The notes under the pieces were generated by a model. It was not told where the DNA came from. It saw only the letters and a program-made list of their open reading frames with translations, and did no database searches. Shown here one piece after another: positions 1-11,145 of a stretch of 64,000 nucleotides of DNA. Source of the stretch: Callorhinchus milii (lineage: Eukaryota); assembly GCF_018977255.1 (NCBI RefSeq), contig NW_024704742.1:127784001-127848000 (forward strand). Reading direction: 5' to 3'. The number at the start of each line of letters is the position of its first letter. Position 1 is the stretch's first letter. A program made the translations under genes and the position numbers.

Positions 1-459
1 AGAGATATTTTGTATGCAAGACCAAGGGCACAAAACAAACCTCTGAAATACAACTCAAACAAAACAGTAAGCATTATTTTATGAAACGTTAGATGTTTCT
101 ATGTCTCCAAAGCAGCTTCAGCTGTTTGGACAGTTGGTCTGGGAATTAACATTAACACTCCCAGCTACTGTCATAAAAGGGTCAAATTTAATGCAAGACT
201 ATAATTAATGCAGTCGAAACAGATTTTACTTCATGTCTAGCTTCCTAGAGGGGATTGAGGTAATCTCGAAATGTTCATGCTGGATACAGTTATCTTATTG
301 ATCCATACGCCATGGGATTGTCTGTGGTTTGTCAGACATGAAAGTGGGATAGTATGTTATTATACCTCATCTATTAATTAATTAATCAACCCATTCTTAC
401 ATTTGTTATGGTGCCTTTCACATTGGGAGGAGATATCACAGGACTTAACAGGATATACT

Positions 460-810
460 GGAAAGTGTTATGACTGTGTATTTTTGGGGGCAAACCAGCA
501 GCCAATTTGTGTACAGCAATGTCCCACAAACAGCCATGAAGTGAATGACCAATTTTATTTGGGGGATTGTTGGGAGAAACTCCCTTCTCTTTTTGAATGT
601 GTCATGGGATCTTTATGGTCCATCTGAACAGGCCAACAGGGTCTCGGTTTAATGTCTTTAAAGGATGACACCTCTGACATTACAGCCCATCCCCAGTGTT
701 TTATTGAAGTGTCAGTTTAGATTATATGAGTTCCAAATCCTGATGTGGGGCTTGAACCAAAAATCTTCTGACTTGGAGATGAGAGGGCTACCGACTGAGC
801 CAAGCTGACA
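460..810 (-). mobile_element. SINE family B (tRNA head plus long Deu-like domain; SacSINE1/AmnSINE1-like)
   Basis: The reverse complement starts gtgtcagcttggctcagtcggtagc (A box)...ggttcaagccc (B box), followed by the ggatctttatggtccatctgaacagg and cagccaatttgtgtacagcaatgtcccacaaacagcc blocks seen in the other copies. Confidence 0.8.
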
Positions 811-2129
811 CATCTAGATACAGAGTGGAATTGGATAATGGTGTGATCTATACTCACAAATACATAAAATCATTATCATACAGCCTAAATTGAATGTAAA
901 GTGATATATCAGGGCAGCACTGGGTCCAGAACTCCGTACAGCAGATTTTATCTGAAAATGAAGATGTGCGATGAAATTTGTGGAAGCTTTTAAATAATTA
1001 CATTTGTACGTCCAATCCCCCCATCACCCACCCCCCACCCTGAAGATGAAGATGTTTATTTTAACACCTTAGTTATTTTAATTGGTGCTTTAAATCCTGT
1101 AAACATGGGTAGAAAGTCATATACAAGTGTCAGTTTTTGGAAATCAATTAAATTTGCTATCCTGCATCATTAATTCCAATTGTTACAGTTTCACTGGCCA
1201 TAACGTTTTGCCTTCTCAAATAAAACACTGTAATAGTTTATCTGTACACTGCAACTATTGAGAAATACAGAGCTGAAACTTGCACCCAATATCAAATGTC
1301 AAACTCAGACAAGAATGTGACGATGTCTTGCTTTCACTGCCTCAATATTCTATTGTATGCTTTAGGCAAGTTGGAGTCAAAAAGACTTGGAGAAGATTTC
1401 TAATCGCCTTGTACATGTTTCACAAACGTCTGGAGCCTGTGCCACCTGTAACGGATGCAAAGGTAGAGAAATGTCCTCATCCAACTTTGGCCACAAGAGT
1501 CTTGGCAGTGAGGAGAAAGCCATCCACTTTTCATTTCCATACATCGATGCCAAGCATTGAAGTTTATGTTCCACTTTAACTTGACTTGTCAGAAGTATGC
1601 ATTCCTTGTCTGCAGGTGGGAGTTTCTCAAGTTGTGATTGACCTTCCTTAATAAAAACATGGAGAAAAGGAACATTGAAAATACTTTTGTTCTATCTCTG
1701 CAACTTGGAATGAGACATCAGTCTTTATCCTTAATCATTTTGTTCTGTTGAGACATGCAGAACAGTTGACATGAAAATAGACATAAGCACTAGCTTTTAA
1801 ACAAATGGACTGTCGTTATAAGGTGGAATGTGTAACATCAGCCATGATTCTAACGCTTTGAGCTTCATATTGTGTAGTTCTATTATTTGTAGTCTTAATG
1901 CTTTTTCTTTTAATTGCTAAGGCATATCAAAGCCCCATATTAAGTCATGTTAAAAAAATATTTATTTTGTGGTTATAAATGCTCAATGATCAATTCCTCG
2001 TGAACCATGACCAACTGACACTTAATCAATGAATTGATTCTCTTATGTAAATCTTAGTACACATCTGTGGACTGTTTAATAAAATCAAATATTTGAATTC
2101 TGCATTTCACTTGTGATATGGACAAGACG

Positions 2130-2470
2130 TAAGACTTGGCTTCCGTCAACATCTCCTCACGTCTTGCTCCAACCTGCTCATTCCTCCCAGGTCTCTCTTT
2201 CAAATCCATCGAATGAGTGCGCAACCGTTGTGCCTGGTTTGATCCTCAGCTCTCCTTTTTCCCTCACATCTGCTCTCTGACCAAGTCTGCTTTTCTTCAC
2301 TTCTGCCATATTGCCCACGTGTGCAGTTACCTCACTCTAAACTCCACCAAAACCTTTATGTCACTTTGGTACTTCTGGATCCTTTTCTTATCATACATTG
2401 GTCTCCCTAGTTCGACCATCCACAAACTTCAGCTAATACAAAACTCTGCATCCTCACCCTCACCCATGCC
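2130..2470 (+). mobile_element. Degraded L2-clade LINE 3' fragment
   Basis: The peptide FDPQLSFFPHI...GLPSSTIHKLQLIQNSA matches the L2 copies at 18660-19625 and 61515-62625. Confidence 0.75.
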
Positions 2471-4283
2471 AAACTCTGCATGTCCTAGTTACTCAGCTTC
2501 AGTAAGTATTTAGGATTGTTTAACAAAATCATCGTGTTGCCTGTGATTTTTTCAGTCTTCGCATGTAACTTTGTGGCATTCACACAATTTATCAACCACT
2601 GACAAGAATCACCATTAAACATTTTATTAATATACTCCGACTCTTATTGTAGCCTCACTTCACAGAAGCGTTACCCCATTGAGACTCAGAGTTACAGTCT
2701 CACTCATAGTTATGCCAAGGTCATGTTTATGTCTAGAGAAAAATCTTTTAGCACTTTTAGCAGGTTGCTAACAGCGATCAATGGCTGGAGAGTATGCCAT
2801 AGATAGACATCAACGTGCAGAGAGACCTCTTGTAACTGTTTGCTGGCATCAATTTCAAACACATTTCAGTTCAAGGTGAACCTACTGTCAAAGCCTCAAT
2901 AATCACTGCGAAAATCAAGGTGGAATGAACAGACGCACAGGGCGATAACCCTTTATGAGTATAAAATGGTATGAAGTGTATTTGATCACAGATCAAATCT
3001 GTTTGATAAAGATTTTCCTCGAATTTAGAGCGATAAAAAGAAACTGACATTCGATTTGTTGAAATGTCTTTGACAATCTTCTTTCAATGTACCTGCAGCC
3101 TCATGTTACCTTATTTCCAACATTGAATACAACACTCTGACTTTACCAGCTTGAGTCACACTTCAAGGAATCGCTGATATTTTAGTGGTGATGATTGCAT
3201 TCATAGCATCAGGCATAATGCTTGATCACCAGATACAATGTGATTAAAAAGGCTTGTGAGAACAGAAGCACACTTCAGCTGCAGCAATTCTAAGGAAGCT
3301 ACTTTATCTTAAACAGGCAACTTCACATTTTGCATTGACATATTTTTCCAGGCAATGAGATTTTCATATCTAATTCAGTTCTATCTGCAACTATCAGTTT
3401 GGCCGAACTGCTGTAGATATTTGTCTGCTAATGTTTTGGGTAAACTTCCATATTCTCCACCCCCACCCCTCCGCCCTCGCAGTATATTGGACTATTTGTT
3501 GTCTAATGTGATGTAGAGTTATATGGAGTGATCCAGCGCAAAAACAGGCCAATCAGCCCAAATAATCCGTCCCAGAGTTTATACTCCATACAAGCCCCAA
3601 CCATCCTATTCCCCTCAAATATACAAGGGTGCCCATAGGTCCCAATTTCTGGGGACAGTCCCCAGATGAAGTATTGTGTCCATGGCAAAGTTTGCTCTGT
3701 CTGGAGTTCAGCAACAAACTGAGCAAAAACTAAAATTCCAAAACAGATCAGAGAAACACAGCCACTAATCCAACACGTTTCTCCAGTACTGCCGGCTTCA
3801 ACAATTGTGGGGAGTTCAATTTTATATAAGTCCCCAGGTTTTGGTTTACAAGATATGATCACACTCATCTATACCCCTCTATTTTCTTCTCCCTCTTGTA
3901 TGCATCAGGTATTTTTCATGAATACATTGATGTAATTTGCTTCAACTACAGCTTCCAGCAGTGAGTTTTGGTGACTGTTTCCACATGAATGGATGTATTA
4001 ATCTTTTTTGCTCTGTTTTTTTGCCTATTTCCCGCTGGCCCTATCCTAGCTGATGTTATTCTCACCAATTTTGTCTCCCTTTTCCTCTTTCTTCCATCCT
4101 CTTCTGATCAGACATTGAAATCACAACTGATTCTGATTTGCTTGCCTTAATTGTTGAGAGCATTGAGGTGCAGTAAATATGGCACTGTTTAATTCATGAA
4201 GTTAAGTGGATTAGACAAGTTTGCCAATTTTGAAGGCGAAGGTAACGATCCTTGTCCAAGATGGATATAAGTCCCACAGAACT

Positions 4284-4595
4284 TAATAATAATCCTTGCT
4301 TTTGATATAGCGCTTTTCACGTCTTCTAGACGTCTCAAAGCGCTTCACAGAATATACTGTAAAATGAATTGACTGTACATTTGTGGGCGAAACGCAGCAG
4401 CCAATTGCGCACAGCAGTGTCCCATAAACAGTCGTGGATTGAAGTGACCAATTTATTATTGTTTTTTTTCTTGAGGGATTATTATTAGGCGTGTGGAGTA
4501 AAGAAACTTGCCCAAGGTTTTGCCCTGCCAGAAATTGAACCCAGATCTCTTGCTTGCAAGGCGAGTGCTCTAACCACTGAGCTACAGGACTCCAC
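4284..4595 (-). mobile_element. SINE family A, internally deleted variant
   Basis: tRNA-like head gtggagtcctgtagctcagtggttagagcactcgcc...ggttcaatt, Deu-like 3' block and tail aaggattattatta. It lacks about 65 nt of the middle present in full copies. Confidence 0.85.
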
Positions 4596-4746
4596 AACTT
4601 GATAACAACTTAGGCCTGAAATTCTATCTATTCTTAGTCTGTAATACCATATTGTCCTAACATTTAATACAGGGGAATCCTATTAGTGCTACCTCACTTA
4701 ATGCATGAAACACCCATTTTATGGCGCTAATGAGCTTGTGCTAAAA

Positions 4747-5062
4747 AATAATAAGCCTTGCATTTGATATAGCGGCGATCATATCTTCCAGACATCTCAA
4801 AGCGCTTCACAGAATATACTGTAAAGTGAATTGACTGTATATTTTGTGGGCAAAACTTGGCAGCCAATTGCGCACAGCAGTACGCAAGTACAAGCAGTCA
4901 TGAATTGAGTGGCCAATTTATTATTTTTTTTTGAAGGAATTATTACCCCCAGGAAAGCGATCCATCAATCGACTAACAACTGGATTCCTACTTACTGCTA
5001 GGTCAACAGAGGCGTGAGGAGTAAGGAAACTTGCCCAACGGTTCACCCTGCCAGGAATCGAA
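4747..5062 (-). mobile_element. SINE family A, head truncated
   Basis: Same body and tail as 6981-7356 and 20639-20999, in reverse orientation. Confidence 0.85.
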
Positions 5063-6980
5063 TGCAGTCTTGATTCAGACACTAGTTCTTTTTAAGACGT
5101 GTGGAAAATCGGTTTAAACACTGAATTTGAGAATATTGCACAATTCTACACAATCTTAAGTTTGAAGGTACAATTAGGTCCTGCATCTATTACTGGGTCA
5201 GATTTCCAGCCTCTAGAACAGAGTAAGTAAATACTCTATGTTATTTGAACTGAAGGGAATTATGCAGATTTTTTCCCAGTGACAAACTGTCTCTGAGGAT
5301 ACATACATACCTGTCGAGGCGAATTCCAAGGCACTGAGGACAGAACGTTGCTTAAATTAATACTTCATCTGAAGAACAATATCTCAGACTCTACAGCACT
5401 CGCTCAGCATTTCGTGGGAGGGTTATCCCAGACTATGAGCTCATGTCCTGATGTTGGGCTTATTGAAAACTTGAGCCAGAGATGAAAATGCTACCAAGAG
5501 AGCCAGACGGAAAACCACATTGAGGAAAATTCTAATGGGATTTCTCAATAAGGAAATATATTTACGTTTTTTTTTACTTTATAAGGTCTACAGGAATCAC
5601 ATAATCATCTCCACCCCACCACTGACAGCTGGGCTTGCAGCCAACCCACTCCCACTCCTTGGAGGTCCATCCCAGAGTGACTCTAACTTTCTCCCTCTCT
5701 CATCTCGTTCAAAGTCTGTCTCAATACCTACTTCTTTGCATTTGAAGTCGTCTTTCCCTTTTTCCCCTATTGTTTAAATTTAAACGCTATTTATATTTAT
5801 AACTGCAAGGATTAAATGCAGGGATTATTATTATATTCTCATGGTCTTTTGTTACATGGAACAAAAACTGTAGTGATGGTTCTCTATAACATACTACACA
5901 AATGGGGCTCAAAATATTTCATAGGTTTAACAAACTCAAGACTGGATCAGAAAATGTGATTATTGGAACACTTCTCTCTTCAAAATCTGACCTAATGCTG
6001 AAAAACATGTATGAAAGAGATTAATTCTTAAGTGCTCTGAGACGCTACTCTGCATGGAGGGCGCTATATAAGTGCAAGTTGTTGTTGTTGCTGTATTAAG
6101 GCAATTTTGTTGGGAAAGTAGCTGATATTTTCTGGCTTTGTTCAGAATGTACTGTAGAATGTAGATGACTACTGGTATCTTGACATTAGTACAGGGCAAC
6201 CCCATTGTAATGCAATCATCTGGGTCCAATATCTCTGAAGCTGTGGTATAACCAAGTGCGAAAAATTGTTGTTGTTGAAAAATGGCCAACTTCTGGGTAA
6301 CTTAATTTCCTGACCTTTGCACAGGAAGTAATACTGACATCACTCCGTTAAGAAAGTATCAGCAGCAGCACTTTCTGCACATGTGCGGTGTGAAGGACGT
6401 GTTACTGATGAAGCTTCCTGTGCATAGCGTGCATGTGGGCAATGTGCAGGAAGTGACATTAGCAGTTACCTGAAGATCTGGAAGTTGGACATTTGTTTAG
6501 CACAGGAAGTCAGCTTGTCATCAGAAGCTGTGCATGCTAAATTTCCAGCACACTGTGGTTTAAACCCATGTTTAACTAGGGTGCATTCTAACAGGGCTGC
6601 CCTGAATCAATATAAACCCAGTGCCAGATTACCCAACCCTTTTCAAAACTGCACTTTGTTTCAACTACACGCTTGTAATATTCAAATGAAAATTAATTTT
6701 GATCACGGACCTTTTACTGATATACAAATTTTTATTGTTTTACAAATCTGCTTGCATGCTTGATTCTTACATTAAGTGAAATCACAGGCCTTTCTTGGAA
6801 TTGTCATCTATTCACAAATCCAATATAAAGAACAAAAATTGGAGGGTTGGTCACGCAGAGAGGAATTCTGCTCCGAAGGTCAATTTGGTCAGAGTGGAGT
6901 TCCTGCAGGTCAGACAGACATAGTTACCTGTTATGGAAAGGAGTCCCATTATTAAGGAATCCAGATACACATGACCACAT

Positions 6981-7356
6981 ATGGAGTCCTACAGCTCAGT
7001 GGTTAGAGCACTCACCTCACAAGCGAGAAGACCTGGGTTCAATTCCCAGCTGGGTGAAATTTTGGGCAAGTTTCCTTACTCCACACGTCTCTGTTTACCT
7101 AGCATGAAATAGGAATCCGGTTCTTAGGGGATCACTGGATCGCTTTTCCGGGAGTAATAATCTCTTCAAAAGAAAAAACATGAGGTCACTCAATCCACGA
7201 CTGTTTGTGGGTCACTGTTGTGCACAATTGGCTGCCGCTTTTCGCCCACAAAATATGGTCGATTCAATTTACAATATATTCTGTGAAGCACTTTGAGACA
7301 TCTTGAAGACGTGATAAAGTGCTGTATCAAATGCAAGGATTATTATTATTATTATT
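6981..7356 (+). mobile_element. Full-length SINE family A (~375 bp)
   Basis: A box tagctcagtggttagagc (here cagctcagtgg), B box ggttcaattcc, middle gggcaagtttccttactccacac, Deu-like ctgtttgtggg...aattggctgccgc, L2-type tail ending (tta)n. Confidence 0.88.
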
Positions 7357-7634
7357 AAACTAGACCCCATTATATTATCCTGGACCAAGCAGGTTGATTA
7401 TGCACCCATTGTACCTTCCATGTTTGCGGGACAGTGACACCTACTTGAAGATGAATCTTCTGCACTAGACTTTTCAATACATTACAGTAAGTACACAGGG
7501 GATGACTAATTGGCTGAAGTTGAACAGATGAAATTTTCACATGATCCCTGGGGAGGGGGAATTTGGCAGCTTTTAAATAACGTGCAAATGCGGATGAACC
7601 CACGAAAGCAAAGAACACAGTTTCAATCAAGATT

Positions 7635-10576
7635 TGTGGTTTCGATTAAGTTTCTTTATTTTCACACAATGAATAACATATGAACAGATTACTTTTCAGT
7701 AAGTGCTCTATTGCTAACCTGATTCTGGCAGCAAAAGGATGAGCTTCTTTTAGAAAAAAAGTTTAAAAACCAACAACTATATGTAGAAGCATGACAATCA
7801 GCATGCCAAATACATAAGCGCCAATCAACAGCAGTTCATATCTATTCAATGTACAAAAATGCTTCATGAATAAAAACTGTTACAAAAAACATTTCAAACA
7901 AACAATGTACAAGTTTGCTCTATGTTTAATTAGAATACAAATATAATATTTGTCTAAAATATGTGTACATACAGTCAAGTATAATAACATGCAAATACAC
8001 TCTAAAAAAGATTTAAAAACACTATGAATACAGACTAAAATAAGCCAGCACTATGTAAAAGGATCTTGTGCCCCACGTTTAAAAGGTACATTTTCGAAAC
8101 TTCGTTTGCAATCTTAACAATTTTCGGCAATAAATTGCTTTTTATTTTTTTTTAAAAAAGAACAAAAGTGAAAATAAAACACTGGGATTTGACTAGGAAA
8201 CCCGTGTCGACACATTTGGCAGCTCTTTCAATGTCTCTGTATTGTTTTAGTGTTGCAACCTTGGCAGGCATTCACTAGATATGATACAATACGTTATTTC
8301 ACATCAGCACTAGACTGTGCTTTACCAGGCCCACCATTCAAGCTGATTACATTTGTTAATGCTGTGGTCCATTAAAACAATTATGTCATTGCCATTTGAA
8401 TGGTTTTGCTTCAGCAATACCATGTACCAAATTGTAAAGGCGTCAGCTATTTTTTAAACATTGTATATTAGAATTATGGATTTTTTTCTCCCCCCCAACC
8501 CCACCGTCTCTTTGATTTGTTTCCAATCAGCCCCATTCCCAAAACCCAGTTGCATTAAAACAAGTGTTTGGCATCAAAATAAACTGTTAATCTTGTTGAT
8601 AGCTAAGACTCAATTGAAAACAGTTAAAATGACAATTACACAGACAATTGATGATTCGGAACCCATGCAGGTCAAAGATGTGTAATTACATTATGTACAA
8701 CAGGCTACTGTTTTTTTTGACTGAATTAAGGCTGCCATGATATAAACATTTTGCCTAAATATAACTGCAGTCACAATTACTCATTTTGAAAAATAATTGA
8801 AAATATGTTTTGGATTATCTTCATAAGAACACTTAATTTCTTTTTGCATAAGGGGAAATGAAATACAGAAATTCAGAAGCTTTTATTGTAATAGTTTTCA
8901 CCAATTCTCAAAAAAAAACACAATTACCAAGATACAAGACAATTACAACTCTGGGGATACACTATAACAGCCACGTCTTTGAGTATTAAGTATTTGGATA
9001 TTTGCATACAATATTTTGGGAGACAGTGAGTTACAAATGAAGCTGTTAACTGGGACATGGTTAAGAGAGAAATACCTGTGTAAAAGAAATCTTCCTGGAG
9101 CACTGACCCACTCTCACTATGTTTAAATAGTTATTGATGGTTTTAAGTAATGGGGATAATCTAATAAATAGGATTTTTTTTCAATCGGGGAATCCCAATT
9201 AACAGGCTACTGCTGAAAAGATGACCGTTCTGTTCACTATAAATTGTAAAGTTTAATGTTCTGCAACTTCTCAAAGTGGATAAGTCCAATGTTTCAAGTT
9301 TGCGAGTGTGTATGTGTGTGTCTGTGTGTATGTGGGGGATAATTATAACATGATGCAAGAGAACTATTCTGGGATACTTTGCACTATGTAAACTTTGCAG
9401 TTTCTTTGAGGACTGTCACTGAAGTATTGCATGAATAAGCATGCAGTGGGATTTTATATATCTGTGGAAAATATATTTTATCTTTGTTAAGATCTATTTA
9501 CTTTGGAAAACTGTAAGGCCATACAGGAGGGTACGCAATGTTATTTTAAATGATCTGGGTTACGACATCAAATTCAATTTCTACCTTTACAGAAAGTCAC
9601 CTGTGAACTCCAATTGCTTAAATTTCAGTGACAAGTGCGGGAGAGTAGGATTTCAATTATTTCTTAGAAAGACTCGAAATGTAATTCTCGTCATTAAAGA
9701 GTGTAATTTGATTGAAATCTTTTTACCATCTGCACTACATTGCTTCTTGAAAGGATATGCCCCGTAATAAAACTGTGGGTGTTAATGGAAAATCCAGCTG
9801 ATCCCTTGAGAAGTTTGTGCTGAAATCTATTCTGCGCTTTGCACCTCTTCCGATCCATTATTTCTGAAACATGTCTCTTTCTGACGGGGTTGTCCATCAA
9901 GGGGAAAATCTATTTTCGCTACATAAAATAAATCTGGGACACTTATCGATTGAATATGCTCTTTAATGACTTTGTTTTTTTTTATTATCTGCTGAGTTAC
10001 CAAGAGCAGAAGCTGAACTGAAGCAGAAAGTGCTTGGTGGACAACACTTTTGCATTTTAAGGCTCTGTGAGTATTGCCTGAATGGCGGCAAGAATATTTT
10101 TTTTGTTTGTTTTGTTGTTTAATCGACTAGAATATATTGATTATAAATCCAGTATATAAGAAACACTGTCGCAAGCTTAATGTTATTGCTGCCTGCCTGC
10201 CTTCCCAAGGAACTTCTCATTAATACAATCTTCAACAGGCTGCCAAAGTACTTGAACTAACTTACCCTTTTATATGCTTACATGTTGCCCATTTGGCACA
10301 TAATGGGTCCATGAACAGAGAGCAGTTAACAGGAGAGAAGGAATGTTTGTACAGAATTGTGAAACTGAATTGACGTATTACAATCCTAGGCATCAATGAC
10401 AGACTCTGGTATTTGCGAAGAATGCAGTGAGCGCTGGAATGAGGCCGTCCCTTTCATACATGGGATGCGTGCGAGATTGGTTCTGTGATCTTCTAGAAAC
10501 TATCCAACATCCGAGTCTCAGTCATTCCCTTCTCATTCACCAAGAAGTAAAAGGTTAAAGTGCAGGAAGGAAGGTA
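7635..10576 (-). other. SETBP1: Probable SETBP1 3' UTR (~2.9 kb)
   Basis: AT-rich stretch after the stop codon with no recognisable SINE/LINE copies, unlike the surrounding DNA. It ends at an AATAAA followed by a GU/U-rich downstream element. The exact cleavage site is inferred. Confidence 0.7.
7655..7660 (-). terminator. Polyadenylation signal AATAAA (distal); alternative hexamers at 8141-8146 and 8882-8887
   Basis: tttatt on the + strand. On the minus strand ttgattgaaactgtgttctttgctttcgtgggtt (GU-rich) follows about 30 nt downstream. Confidence 0.6.
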
Positions 10577-11145
10577 TCAGTGATTGGAGGCTACGGACTG
10601 GTAGCTGGTGGCAGAAGCATTTGAACTGCTGTACCTTTTTGTATTCATGGTGATTGCCACTTTTTCGTTCTCTTTGGACTTCCTATGTCTTTTCACTTTT
10701 TGCCCAACTTCCTCCTCCTGCTTTCGCTTCTGGCTTCTCTCTGGCTTCAGCTCGTGCTGCCTGACCATGCCAATGACGGCCTCGATTGTGTCCATGATCG
10801 TGTCCTGACTGGTCGACACCAGAACCTCTGGGATCTGGCTGTGCTTCGGACCACGTTTGCTGGGGAGGTCCACACACTTCTCCAGCACCGGCATCTGGTC
10901 TGTGAAGTCATCATCCGAGGGCTCGGGGTTCTTCCTTGGTCGGCCTCTCCTCTTTTTCACGATGTTGTTGCCAGTCTTTGACTGTCTCTGCAGCCGTTTG
11001 GCTTTAAGGATCTTGTTGACATGGTCCAAGTTCTTTTTCGTTGCGAGAATCTTGTTGTAATTGCACATCTTCCTGACTTCACACTGAATCGTTTCGATTT
11101 CTCTCCTCTTCAGTTTCCTCCTTGGCGAAGAACTGAGGCTTTGCA
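10577..11145 (-). CDS. SETBP1: SETBP1 last coding exon (equivalent to human exon 6), with an AT-hook and the TGA stop
   Basis: Polypyrimidine tract then ttcag|TG at 11146/11145 (phase 1, G+TG=Val). The translation [60 protein letters not shown]...[17 protein letters not shown]...[13 protein letters not shown] matches the SETBP1 C-terminus. Stop at 10579-10577. Confidence 0.95.

Noticed and set aside
6981..7055. tRNA gene-like sequences (also at 4520-4595, 20930-20999, 38678-38740, 45492-45556)
   Set aside because: They are SINE heads: A and B boxes are present, but they run directly into the SINE body and the copies are diverged.
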